Origin: the human T2T-CHM13v2.0 reference genome, Homo sapiens
Direction: 5' to 3' (one strand)
Assembly (NCBI RefSeq): GCF_009914755.1
Contig: NC_060931.1
DNA length: 64,000 bases
Positions 1-15,277 of this stretch are shown here, in pieces (the first letter of the stretch is position 1; each line of letters opens with the position of its first letter). Made by a program: the position numbers and the translations under genes. The notes under the pieces were generated by a model that ran no database searches, was not told where the DNA came from, and was given only the letters and a program-made list of their open reading frames with translations.

Positions 1-60
1 CTTTTCACAAGAGGCCACCTTCGCCCTTTGAATATCTGCTTGTAGAAGTTAACAATAACA

Positions 61-88
<28 letters not shown>
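61..88 (+). repeat. (AC)14 microsatellite
   Basis: Read directly. Confidence 0.95.
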
Positions 89-92
<4 letters not shown>

Positions 93-1990
93 GTTACTAC
101 AAGTAAAATAAACTTAGTGAATCATTGACTATTCTTGGATATAACCCACTTTTCTGTGCTCTTTAAACTTGGCATAAGTAATATAGGAGACAGCATTGGA
201 ATAACAAGAGTACCTTGCAAGTCACATTGGTAAGGTGCGCTAGACTAAACATGTGACAAGGCTAGCGTTAGAACCGCAGTTTGGTGTCTAAGTTTAGAAG
301 CAGGTTAGCAACTGTCAACATGAAAAATGTATCATATTTTCTTCTGGAAAATGATTTTTGAAGAAATCATATAGCTGCATATCTATCTGTTAAAAGGTTA
401 ATAAACTCAGAAGTAGAAAGACTTCAGATGCTGAGGAAAACATATAATCTATAGCATTCTTGAGAGATTTTCCATTTGCTTTTTATTTGCTAGATAATTA
501 CATTTGGCTTAATCTGATTTTATGGTTATTTAGATTTCTCCCTTGAGCAAAATAACATAATTTTCAGTATCTAAGATTCATCGATTTTTTGTTGAAAACA
601 AATAGATGTGACATGTTAAGGGAGACCAAGTTGAACCATCCCTCAGACCCAGTACAAATATACCTAGTAAGTGCCCCCCTTTCAATACATTCTAATTGGG
701 AAGAAGAAGAGACTAGTGGCTTAAAAGGAGAAAGCAGAAGCTCCTGGTAGTGTTACCTGATAGCAGAACTTACCAGGCAGTTGGAATTCACGAGTGTTAT
801 TCTTGAATGACTATGTCTAGGGGGAATATTGTTTAACCTTCGTGCCTCAGATTACCCATTAGACAATTGGGTATAATCATATTCACCTACCTCCCAGGGA
901 TATCAGAGACTTTACTATTTCAAAAATATTTTGAGTTTTTGTAAAATGTCCTATATAATTAAAAATAGTATTATCATCTTCCTGCAGAGGCTAAAAAATG
1001 TTTTCCTTATAATGAGTATAAAAAGCACCCTATGGTTTTTAAATTTAAAAAAATCACTGGAATTTTAATTTAGATACATATTTGTTATTTAAACATTATC
1101 TTTGAGGTGGGATAAAATGTTTAGTTTCAGGTTAACAAGGGAGAGAAATAACACTAAGTTTAAGTAGTTTTTTTTAGCCTTTTACGGTGTTACTGTGATT
1201 TTTCGTCAAGGTTGTGGAGCTAAAGTTAGATAAAGTTATGATGCTTGGTTATTGGAGTTGATAAATGATCCTGGAAGTTTTAACTGTCTCACTTTTCCAT
1301 CTTCTCAGTCTAATTTCCTTTTATTGCTTGTTTGAGGACGGATAGCTAAGCTTTTTAACTTTCTAAGAATGAGTATGATGTCTCATTCTTGCAAATCAGA
1401 GATTGTGTACTAATTCCATTAACTGTAGGTGTATCCAGCTCTGCACTGAAGGGGTGAGCACTACACACAGTCAGCTGGATACTCTTGTAGCCATTGCACC
1501 TTTGTAATTCATGCTTCTTCAACCCATGAAAGAGGTGGAGCCATCAGCTGCTCAGGTTGTAAGAAAATGGGAGACGGAAGGCAGGATTCACTTTCTAACT
1601 GGGTCGGGGTGGGGAAGGTCAGGGTAGAAGGAAACATGTTTTCCCCAGCTCCCAGGAGGAGACGAAGATCATTTTATCCCACCTTCCATCCCTGTATATT
1701 AAGTAGTACTACTACATAGAATTTTCCCGTTATCGTTTAAAATAATAGCAACAGGAAAAGAAAAATGGATGCTGCAGTTTTAGTTGGGGCTAAATGCTGA
1801 GCAACGATTGTTGGAGTGTGTGTGTAAATTTAAATTGTAGCACATATTCAGGGTCAGGAAAGCAAAATGTTGGGGATGAGGAACCAGTGTTACCAGGTTC
1901 AAGTGAGTTAGTAGAAAGCACCAGGTCCAAGCAGACAAAGCATCTGGTTAATTTCCAGAATTGGCTAAGGTCCACTGAATCTCTAATGAT

Positions 1991-1993
<3 letters not shown>

Positions 1994-2027
<34 letters not shown>
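1994..2027 (+). repeat. (GT)17 microsatellite
   Basis: Read directly. Confidence 0.95.
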
Positions 2028-2028
<1 letters not shown>

Positions 2029-5000
2029 TGTAAGTCACTTTTTGGATTTTTGTTGCTTTTTCCAGATAAGGCCTTAGTAGCCTCTAAATATCAACTATGC
2101 AGATAAACATACTCCTTTTTTTTTTCACATGTCCCTGTCTTTTCCATTCTCAGATAACAAATGTTAAGACCCAAAGAAATAAGGCATAAGGGTTTTTGTT
2201 GAATGTGTGTTTGTTCTTCTAGGGAAAATTAACAGAAGCATAAAATAGAGATACTTTGTGTGTTCATCTATCGTAAAATGTGAACTCTGTATTCAAAAAC
2301 TATCTACAGATGCTTTCACTGGTGCAAAGCTGTAGTTAGTATCATGGAATGTCTTTGGGTTGTTAATGATAAAATCATCCCAGTGTTCAATTCTGAGAGT
2401 TTTAGATTATATGACACAATGTTCAGGTTTATAGAGCTGAATGGGTGATCAAACTCTAATTAAAAATAGCTTTGAATATTAATGTTGAATTCTTCTTTCT
2501 TGGTTTCCTTTAGTCTTCATTCTTTATTCAGAGCTCTTAATCATATTGCTACACTAGAATATGAATTGTATATTAGGAGTCTGGGGAGGAAAGGTTAAAT
2601 TGTCTTTTACATCCTCTTCTCACTCACTCTGGCAACCTATCCTGTGTCCCCATAGAACTGAGAAGTAAAGCCCTGTGCAGGCCTGCTTTAGAAGACTTTA
2701 CATCCCAGCAGAGGATTCAGGCAGGGACTCTCAGGATTTTAATCAGACTGCCTTTGAATAATGTGATATTAAATTTTATTTTTCTCATAGACTCTCAAAG
2801 TACCACTTGCTTGAAAGTAGCTACTTGTGATCTTTAATTTCCTTATATTGTGATAGTTCTACTTTTCAGTCTTTCCTGTGTATCTCCATTTCATAGTGCG
2901 TTAGTACTTAAACTTCGGACACTTTTCCAAACTGTTAAACAAGTCAGGAATGCTTTTCAGAATCGCAGTAGTATTATTAGGGTCTCTGTGTCTAGGACTT
3001 ACAGTCATCAGTGGTCATCACTGGGACTAGAGGTGTTCTTTTTTTTCCTCTTCTCCTTTGTATTAAAAAATAGATTTTGCTACTGTATAATGCGGCATTT
3101 CATGACTTCCTCTTGTTACTTTTCAAGGTTATTCTAAAGAGATGGAGATCTTCATTAGAGGCTATTTCTCATAATAGTCTGCCTTGCTTATTTTCATACT
3201 CCCCCTGAAATAAGCCTACTTTTGCAAACAGGCCATATGAATCAAATTTTATGTTTGTTCCTCACAAAATTTTCTACACATTATTTGTTCCCACTTTGCT
3301 AATAATAATATAATGATTTTATTGTAAATCTGTGTTTTAAATATTTTATAATAGAGCACTAATGGAAACCTAATAAATACAAACAAGATAACTATTACCC
3401 AAGATAACATGGAAATACTTCTGTTTTTGAAGTTAACAACACCGTCTGCCCTCAAAGCACATTTAGGAGTATCAACCAAGACCAGCCAGTTGACATGTTT
3501 TTCTGTGTGGCAACCTGCCCTTAAATTGTCAGATCTTAACTATCTTGTGTTTGCTGTGCTTGCAGCCATAAGCTTTCCTCCTTTTTTGCTTATCCCTGCT
3601 GTTTGTAGGGTTAGTGTGCCCTCTGTCAGAAAATTGGGTTTTCTTTACTATACCTGCAAAATTACCAAGGGTTACCCCAATATTGTCTAGAGGAATTAAA
3701 AAGAACTTATTCTCAGTTGACAAAAGTATTACTGTTATACATAGTTAATTGGAAAGTTGGCCAACTTTGGTCACCTATTTTTGAGTCTTGGCTATGCCTT
3801 TGTAATTAGTTACATATACCTTCTGAGACCTTCAGATAATCAATGGGCCTTTCCCCATTAGAGGTAGGTTCCCAGCCTACAAGTATTTCCTGTGATCCAT
3901 GGCAAGCCTCCAGAGAAAAGATTCAAGCTTTGCACTGCCCTTTTGTTGATTGTCATTGAAAACTTACTTTATTTCAGAAAGTATCAAAAATACCAAATTG
4001 GTCTTTCAGAGAGTATGTAAATCTGGGGCTTGCCCTTGGATTTCACTTGTTAAACACCCTCAAACTTAAAAGAAGAAAATAGATCTCCAGCTGGTGAAAA
4101 TTTTGTGCCCCAAATAATATATTAATCCAAGTCTACCAAGGTAACTAAGTAATGGATGTTTTCTCTCTTTTATTACAAGCAAGAAAGTTCATTTGCAGTT
4201 GTAAAAATGATTACCGAACTCCAGACCTATTTGCTATAACTGATTGGAAATAATGATTCTGATTTTTAGTCTGGGTAAACACATACTTCGGTGTGAATTT
4301 TGATAAGGGAAAGACTTGTTTGGTAGCCCAAGGAAAAACAGGATGTATTTATACAGTGAATGTTCACTCTGCAGAGGAACTTCCCTCCAGTTACATCTTC
4401 CTCATACATTAGCCACCTCCACACTTGACATAGATGCCAACATGTTTCAAAACCAATCTTGAAGGAGCCTAAAGAGTTGATGGTCCTCTAGGTGAAAGAC
4501 AAGAATTACTGTATTGCATTTGCTTATAGGGAGGTGTGTTTTTGCTAACTTGAAGGGATATACTGTATTTCAAATAAGTGTGTGACTTAATATTTTGGGA
4601 TTTTTTTTTCCTCCTTTAAAAACTGGACCTGAACACAAGCTTTGAGTTGATGTTTGTAATAATCTCAGGACCTGAAAGATTGTAGCATTTAGTGTGTCTT
4701 AAAAATTATGTACTGTACCAGCCATGGATTTTTGTAAATATACCTGTCTCCCTTTTTTGTATTTTAGTAAAAAAAAAAAAAAATAAATTTAAATAAAAGG
4801 GGGTGGTGATGACATGTGAATGGGTGCGGGTATGTGTGCGTGTGTGTTTGTATAAGGCTCTTTTGAGATGAACTGGTGCTTGTTTAATTTCCAGCTCAAA
4901 TCGGAGCAGGAATATGGACAAACTGCTGCTACTGAACCCTGCACTGAGCCGAGGTATTTCCATTTGGTTAACTAAACGCTAGCTACCAGGAAATGACGCA

Positions 5001-5500
5001 GAAGTCACGTTCTTCTTCCCACTGCCATCTTGCCTTTGCATTCTCAGTTCTACGTGCCCTTTGAACTTTAATGGTAAAACATTTCACACTTTGGATGGTT
5101 TGCTTGTCTCTAGTTTTTAGAAAGCTCTTATCACTCCTTCCTAAGAAAAAAGAAGGGCAGGTAAATTTTTTTAACCAAAAAAAAATCACACATTTCATAA
5201 AACCCTGATGAATTTTGGATATGTGAGAGGGCATAAACATTCCTAAATATGGACCTGTGAATTTAGTAAATTACCCCCATGAATATACTCCTTCAGTGCA
5301 GGGATTTTTGTGTTTTTTTTTTTTTTTTAATTTTTTTGCAACAGCCTTGCTCATATTCCAGGTGTAGCTAGCAAACCCCTGTTTTTGAAGCAAGAGCCTT
5401 ATTTGATTCAGTGTAGATGTTTCCTGTCTATCCTTTGTGACAGGGCCTTTTAATGAGTGTTTTTTCTTTTTGTATATGTTACGTGTTTGTTGTTGTATTA

Positions 5501-5550
5501 AATAAAGAGGAATGTACATACTATCCTCGTGTCTGTTGTGTTATTGAGTT
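5501..5550 (+). terminator. Polyadenylation signal of the 3'UTR
   Basis: AATAAA at 5501-5506, upstream TGTA elements (5471, 5494), and a GT/T-rich tract gtgtctgttgtgttattgagtt about 25-45 nt downstream. Confidence 0.8.
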
Positions 5551-6076
5551 ACCTTGGGTTCTAACATCACACTCTCAGCTGTTGGGGAGTATCTGCTGTC
5601 CATATCACACTGTGCTAGGTTTATAGGGTACAAGAAGTAAAGGACCCAGTCTCCTGCCTCCCAGTATACTCACAATTTGCAGTCACATGATAAGTTAAAA
5701 GATAATGGTTCAAAATCTGTCACAAAGCTACATTTTGGTCCATTTGTGTTCCATTGCTACCTGACATTTGAGTTCACAGTGGGGAAGAAACGGGACTGGA
5801 GTAATGTGGGAAGACTCAGTGCAGTGGATGGCACTTGAGGTGGGCCTCCAAGAACTGGTGGAATTTGGCCAAATCAGGAAGGTGGAGCATTTGCTGTGAG
5901 GGGCATGTTTGGACAAGTAGAGGAAGGCAGAGCGTGGGAGTCCTTGATTGTGACTCACTCTAGGTTTTTTGGGTAATAGGGTATGTGTGTATTTGATGGT
6001 GCTACTACGGTCAGGACTTGAAATGTAGATGTGGGAATCATACAAAAATAATTCAACCTTAGAAATTCAGGTAAGA

Positions 6077-6366
6077 GGCCGGGCGTGGTGGCTCACGCCT
6101 GTAATCCCAGCACTTTGGGAGGCAGAGGCGGGCGGATCACGAGGTCAGGAGATTGAGACCATCCTGGCCAACATGGTGCAACCCCGTCTCTGCTGAAAAT
6201 ACAAAAATTAGCTGGGCATGGTGGCATGTGCCTGTAATCCCAGCTACTCGGGAAGCTGAGACAGGAGAATCGCTTAAACCAGGGAGTCAGAACCAGTGAG
6301 CCGAGATTGCACCACTGCACTCCAGCCTGGTGACAGAGCGAGACTCCGTCTCAACAACAAAAAAAA
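6077..6366 (+). mobile_element. Full-length Alu (AluS-like) with 15-bp TSD
   Basis: GGCCGGGCG start, A-rich tail, TSD agaaattcaggtaag at 6061-6075 and 6366-6380. Confidence 0.95.
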
Positions 6367-6997
6367 GAAATTCAGGTAAGGGGTGGGAGAACGATGAAGA
6401 GAGAGAAAGCAACTTGTCAGAGAAAGTGAATATAAGTGTACGTGTGATCTGCATAGAAAATATCAAAAAGGTTCTTGCTGAAATGGGGTTGTAGGAAAAA
6501 ATATCAAAAAGGACATAACACCCCAAAATAGAGTGATGGTATGAGTGCTTTTTATTTTTTCCTTTTAAGTGTATTTTCAGTGTGTTGTCATGAAGATGAA
6601 AAGAACTAAGAAGTTAAAAAAGACATGGACCTCATACATTAGGGGATGAGGGGGACTGTAAGTGCCTTTAGCTAACATTTAAGGACAGTTTTGCAAAAGT
6701 GTGTTGTTGTCAGCAGTACTCCTCAAGATGATTTTTGCCAAAACGAGAAAACCCTGTGGTTATGTAATTTAACTATACTTAACTGTGTTTTCACCATCTT
6801 GTATGTTAACATATAAAGGTGTCATTGTTAAATTTTTTTTTAAAACATATTTTACCTAGAGTATTTGGCATGGGTCACTTTTTTCATGTAATTCCAATTA
6901 ACATTAAATTTTAAAAGGTGGCCAAGGCCGGTGGATCACCTGAGGTCGGGAATTTGAGATCAGCCTGACCAACATGGAGAAACCCCGTCTTCTACTA

Positions 6998-7225
<228 letters not shown>

Positions 7226-7953
7226 TCAGTACTTTTTCTTATTTTTCCTTTTACTTAAATATATTTTCAATGAACCTGGATAACATGAGTAAGTAAGTTG
7301 TTTTGTGTAACAAATAGGTGACTTTTTGGTTGAAAAGAGGGAGAAAGAAATGGGAAGGGGCCTCTCCCTGTCTCATCACTGGAAGAAGGGGAAAGAAAGG
7401 AATGTATTTCTTCCACTCAGACCTTAGTAGATCCTAACATTGGATTTGGCTTGGAGGGAAAACACAATAAACTGCTTGATTTAAAAATAAAGATTTGTTT
7501 TGCTTTGGGAGGCTGAAGTGGGAGGATCACTTGAGCCCAGGAGGTTGAGGTTGCAGTAATCTATCCTGGGCAACAGAGCAAGACCCTGTGTCTTTAAAAA
7601 AAAAAAAAAGTTATATTTGGTAGGGGAAAAAAGTACAAAGTACATGGGGATCTAATGCGTGCAAAGCAAATCTTACCCACAATCCCATCTTCCTTCCCCA
7701 GAGCAACCACCTATCAATTTCTCCAGTTATAAGCAGTGATACGTATCTGAGTTTGTAATATAAACTTAGCATACCTGGCTAGGCACAGTGGTCATGCCTG
7801 TAATCCCAGTACTTTGGGAGGCCAAGGGAGGCGGATCACTTGAGGTCAGGAGTTAGAAACTAACCTGGCCAACATGGTGAAACCCCGTCTCTACCAAAAA
7901 TACAAAAAAATCAGCTGGGCATGGTGACTCATGTCTGTAATCCCAGCTACTCA

Positions 7954-8103
<150 letters not shown>

Positions 8104-9339
8104 CTAGCATTTTTCAGTTATCTTGGAGGTTATTTCACATCAGCACATAGAGGTCTGTCTGGTTCTTTGAACAGCTTCATAGTATTCTATAGTTGTGATA
8201 TCACTTATTGATGGGTGCTTAGGTTACTATCAGAGGTAAACCACAATATCGTTTATATATTTGCCATCTGTATATATTGCAAACAGTCAAAAGTTTGCTT
8301 TGCCATGGACAATAAATGATCTAACTAGATTTGAGTCTGTCTGAAATGTGTACCACTGCTTCCTATACATACAAAGCTTTGAGAAATACTTGAGAAAATC
8401 AGTCTTTTATTTAAGGTTTTGATAATTGGGAACGGGCAGAAGAGATGCCTTTGAATTTGGTAAGGGTTGGGTTAATCATGAGATCGTACACCTTTTAAAG
8501 GACAATGACAGTCTCTTCTCAGGCAGGCATACTCTGACGTGTCATGGGTGTCCGTTCTTCAGAAAACATCGGGCCTCCATATGTGCCTAGGCGTAGTTTG
8601 TTTTTTCTCCCTCTGTGTATTTGCCTCTTCTGTGTCTCTGTTGTCTCTGTGTTTGTCCCTTCTTCATTTCCCCATCATCTTTTCTAGTAGGGTGGCGTGG
8701 TGTGAAGAACAGGTTGACAGCAGACAGACGGGTTCACAAGACCCCACTGTGAAGCTGTGTCACTCTAGACAAGACGCTTTCCCTTTCAAGCCCATTTCCT
8801 CATCTGCACAGGGGTGAGACCCCAGGCGGGTGTATTGGTCGGATTAGAGACAAGGTATGGAAAGCACCTAGCACAGTGCCTAGCACATAATAAGAGCTTA
8901 TAAATGGTGGCTACTATTATTCTGTCTCTCCTCTGTCTTTTTACTTCTTAAATGTATGCTTCGTCTTGCTCCCCTAATTTCCCAAAAGTATAGAAGTGAA
9001 GCCATAGTGTTGTTTAAAAATCTGGTGTAGTTATTGCTTAAAGTACAGGCATAGATAGATAGCAGTTAAAATTCTTTCATCACAGGTATCAGAAACCCCT
9101 GGCTGAAAAAGTCAAGGGAATCTGGTTCATCTGAGTGGTCTTACAGATATTTGGTTTAGATGTAGCGTCATGGAGTGATTCCACGTCACCAAGATCCAGC
9201 TCTGTCTCCACTCTGCCATTCCAAGGGCCTGGCTCCGCAGGGAGTCCGTGACAGCCTCAGTCTCTCTTTCTATAGTCAAATGCCTGCTGTAGTTTCAAAC
9301 TACATGCGAGTATGTGCTGTGGATAATTTCTTACTTTGT

Positions 9340-11130
9340 ACTCAAATGCAAAGTAATGCGTCAATCATATGCCTTGATTCATAGCACATTGTCATCAGTC
9401 AGCTGGAGAACTCATTCCCTCACTTCATTATCCATGAAGTTTCTCCTCTTCCTTAGTCCCCACTCTGCTCTGTCCCACAGGCACCACTCTAACTTTTTTG
9501 ATATGTGCCCCTTGTTTCGCAGGCATTCTTCGAAGTAAGTAGTGTTGTGTCGTGTGTATACAATTTTAATTCATACCAATAGTACTGTGGTAGCCATGTT
9601 TACTGTTTTCTACTTACTTAGATACATCCACGTTGCTATGCGTACATTTAGGGTGTTGCTTCTTACTGCTACACGGATTCCCTAGTGTGCACGCACCACA
9701 TTATACATACCTGTTCCCCTCACAGTGGGTAACTAGGTTATCTTCAATTCCTTATTACCAAAAACAAGGTGATAGTTAGTCTTCCCTTCTGTCAACTGCG
9801 TGTTGATCTTTGCTCATCGTGCAATTGCATTTTGGTTTCTTGTTGTGGACATTAATCTCTTACCAGTTTTAGATGTGTCAGTTACTTTTGTCTGTTACCT
9901 GTCTTTTAACTTTGTCTGTGACATCCTTTATTGAACGAAATCCTTTTTAATTAATCTACTTTTTGTCTTATGTTTGTGTTTTGGGCAGTTTACTTATGAA
10001 ATATTTCCCTAGCCCTACACCACAAAGATATCCTCCAGCATTTTCTCCTATGAGCTTTATAGTTTTGCCTTCACCTTTTCATTTACAATCCATCTGGCAT
10101 CCACCTTTGTATACTGTGTAATGTAGGGATCCAGCTTTATTTTTCTGTATTTAGTGAAGCAGTTTTCCCAATACCACCTAACAGATCAATATTTCTCCCA
10201 TTAATTTGTGGTACCATTTTTATCATATATCCAGTTCTCATATATGGAAAGATCTATTTTTGGGCTCTGTTCCATTGTTCTTTTTATTTCCACACCAGTA
10301 TCTTACTGTTTTCTATTACCATAGACTTAAAAATATGCCTTAGTATCTAGTAAAGAGAGTCCCCGTCTTTGTTACTCTATGTTGGCCCAGCTAATTATGG
10401 ATTTTTATTCTTCCATAGAAATTTTAGAATAAAATTTTCCACTTCCATTTAAAATCCAGTTGAAATATTGATTAGGATTGAATTTGCATTAAATTCACAT
10501 TCTTTGGGGCCTATATAGTGGTTTAAGAAGAATAATAGAATCTTTAAGTTACAGATTTTTTTTGTGTCTTCCAATAAAGCTTTTAAAACTTCTCTATGAA
10601 GGTCTTGTTTATATATTAATTTCGAGGTATTTTATAGCTGTTGCTTCCATGAATTGTATCTTATTCTTTGTTTTCTGATTTATTGTTGGTACTAAGGAAT
10701 GCTATTGATCCTTTAAAGTTGATTTTATATCGAGCAATTTTGCTAAACTGTTATTCTAATAATTCATCTGATTATTTTACTAGCTTTTCAATGGAAGTGA
10801 TCATATAATGTACAAATAATGACAGTTTTATCTCCTCTTTCAATTTCACATTTTACGTCTTAGAGCATTAGACTGGTCCTTTAATACTATGCTAAACAGT
10901 AATGGGGAACGTGGCATCTTTGTTCCATATTTTAATGGGAACATTAAAATCTTTGTTCCTTATTGATCTAAGTCTTCTCCATTAAGGATGGTGTTATTCT
11001 AGATTTTTGGTATATAGTTTTTATGAACTTAAGAAAGTTCTATTCCTAATTTTCTGGGAAGGTTGATTATATGCATGCGCTGAATTAGATCAAGTGCTTT
11101 TCCCATAATACCTATATATGATCAACAATG
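9340..11130 (-). mobile_element. Old, decayed L1 (L1M-type) fragments
   Basis: T-rich antisense L1 ORF2/3'-end-like text such as gatccagctttattttt, cagttttcccaataccac, ttgattaggattgaattt; no ORF. Boundaries approximate. Confidence 0.65.
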
Positions 11131-11154
11131 ACAGAATTTTTTTTTTTTTTTTGA

Positions 11155-11313
<159 letters not shown>

Positions 11314-12247
11314 TAGTAGAGATGGGGTTTCACCATGTTGGTCAGGCTGGCCTTGAACTCCTGACTTCAGGTGATCCGCCTGCCTCAGCCTCCCAAAGTG
11401 CTGGGATTACAGGCGTGAGTCACCGCACCTGGCCCAGAAACTCTTTTAGAAGTTTATTTGTGGCTGGGTGCAGTGGTTCACGCCTGTAATCCCAGCACTT
11501 TGGGAGGCCAAGGCAGGCGGATCACAAGGTCAGGAGTTCAAGACTAGCCTGGCCAATATGGTGAAACCCCATCTCTACTAAAAATACAAAAATTAGCTGG
11601 GTGTGGATATGGGCTCCTGTAGTCCCAGCCACTGGGGAGTCTGAGGCAGGAGAATCGCTTGAACCCGGGAGGCAGAGAGAGGTTGCAGTGAGCTGCTATC
11701 GTGCCACTGTACTCCAGCCTGGGCGACAAAGAGAAACTCCATCTCAAAAAAAGAAGTGTATTTGTAGGATTACTTATTTATTTATTTTTTTAGACGGAGT
11801 CTTGCTGTGTCGCCCAGGCTGGACTGCTATGGTCTGATCTCGGCTCACTGCAACCTCTGTCTCCCCGGTTCAAGCTAGTGTCCTGCCTCAGCCTCCCAAG
11901 TAGCTGGAATTATAGGAATGCACCACCACACCCAGCTAATTTTTGTATTTTTAGTAGAGACAGGGTCTCACCATGTTGGCCAGGATGGTCATGAACTCCT
12001 GACTTCAGGGGATCTGCCCACCTGACCTCCCAAAGTGCTGGGATTACAGGCGTGAGCCACGGTGCCCGGCCAATTTTTAATTGATTGTAACCTCCAGTGT
12101 GTTTGCTTCTGTTTTCATGCTGTGCCTTGTTTCGATGCATCATCTGACTCTTAATCAGTCTTGCCATTCTTCCTTCTCAATAACTTTTCAAAGAACCGTG
12201 AATGTTTTTGGATGCATATATGTTCATTATGGTTATATCTTTTTGAT

Positions 12248-12560
<313 letters not shown>

Positions 12561-12577
12561 AGATATAATATTTTTTA

Positions 12578-12681
12578 AAAAATATAGAACGCTGCACAAT
12601 TTTGTGTATCATCTTTGCGCAGGGGTGGTGCTAATCTCTGTATCATTCCAGTTTTAGTATATGTGCCGCTGAAGCAAGCAC
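12578..12681 (-). pseudogene. U6 snRNA processed pseudogene (full length)
   Basis: Reverse complement GTGCTTGCTTCAGCGGCACATATACTAAAACTGGAATGATACAGAGATTAGC...GCGTTCTATATTTTT aligns end to end with U6, with many substitutions and a 3-nt deletion after ACAGAGA. Short A tail and flanking gatataat repeats. Confidence 0.95.
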
Positions 12682-12993
12682 TGATATAATGTTCTTTTAC
12701 CAATATGATGTCCCTCATTTTTCTTTGTGACATTTTCCCTGTCTAGTATTAAATTTAATATCCAGATATCTATACCCCAAATAATATCTCATTGTATGGA
12801 TATGTCACAGTTTACCCATTCATCGGGTGATAGACACTTGGACTGTTTCCACTTTTTAGCAATTATGAATAATGCTCCTATTAACACTTGTGCACAAGTT
12901 TTTGTGTGGATGTATGTTTTCAGTCCTCTTAGGTACAGACCTGGGAGTGGAATTGCTGGATTTTATGCTAACTACATTTCATTTGAGGAACTA

Positions 12994-13417
<424 letters not shown>

Positions 13418-14151
13418 TCATCAGCATTTGTCATTTTTCATTTTTTAAATTATGGCTGTCATCTCCTAGTAGGTATAAGTGGTATCTTGTTATTCTTTTG
13501 ATTTGAATTTTTGTAATAACTAATAGTATTGAACATCTTTTCATGTGCTTAGTAAGTTCTTAGTATTTTAAGTATAATATACTTATATTAAGTATAAAAG
13601 TACTTATTCCAGGAGAGTTTTCAAAGAGGCTTTTGTGCTGGTTTTAAACTTGTTAGAACTTTGTATGTCTGAAAGTATCGTATCATCTTTGCTTCTTCAC
13701 ATTTAAATAATAGTTTAGTGGGATGTAATTTTCTAGGTTCTTTTCCTTCATCACTTAGAAATATAATTTCATGGCCGTGCACGGTGGCTCACGCCTGTAA
13801 TCCCAGCACTTTGGGAGGCCAAGGCGGGCAGATCAGCTTGGCCAACACGGTGAAAACCTGTCTCTACTACAAATACAAAACTTAGCTGGGCATGGTGGCA
13901 GGGGCCTGTAATCTCAGTTACTCGGGAGACTGAGGCTAGAGAATCACTTGAACCCAGGAGGCAGAGGTTGCAGTGAGCAGAGAATCACGCCACTGCACTC
14001 CAGCCTGGACGACAAGAGTGAAACTCTGTCTCAAAAAATAAAAAATTATGTATGTGTGTGTGTGTGTATATATATATAATTTCATTGCTTTTTTGTCTCC
14101 AATTTTTCTGTTAGGAAGATTAATGCCAATCCAATTTTTATTCTTTTGTGA

Positions 14152-14373
<222 letters not shown>

Positions 14374-14823
14374 TAAATTTCATTACAATATTTCAAAGTT
14401 TAGGTTTTTCCTTCTCTATTCTGTTTGATGTTCCACAAGACCTTTGCATTGCGGTCTTTTTATCATTAATCTGTATTATTATTATTTGAGATAGAGTCTT
14501 GCTCTGCCACCCAAGCTGGAGTGCACGGCTCACTGCAGCCTCAACCTCCCAGGCTCAACCAGTCCTCCCACCTCAGCCTCCCAAGTAGTTGGAACTATAT
14601 GGTGCATACCACCACGCCCAGCTAGTTTTTAATTTTTTTTAGAGACAGGGTCTCACAACATTGCCCAGGCTGGTCTCAAGATTAATCTTTAAAACTTCAC
14701 GTTTTTTCTTTTTTTTTGGCTCCCAACAAGAAACACACACACTTACAATTTTTTAATACGTTCTCTTACTTACATCCATTTTCTCTTTTTCTGAAACTCG
14801 TATTAGGCAGATATTGACACTAA

Positions 14824-15277
<454 letters not shown>

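Larger units (their letters stand above)
1..5520 (+). other. UBN2: Distal part of a long 3'UTR (last exon), probably UBN2
   Basis: About 5.5 kb of AT-rich, Alu-free sequence with no credible ORF, ending at AATAAA (5501) plus a GU-rich downstream element; Alus begin soon after. The gene identity is inferred from the known order UBN2-tRNA-FMC1-LUC7L2; no UBN2 coding sequence is in the window. Confidence 0.75.

Noticed and set aside
1790-5519. Short ORFs in the first 5.5 kb
   Set aside because: Driven by microsatellites and A/T runs within 3'UTR-like sequence; no splice or codon support.
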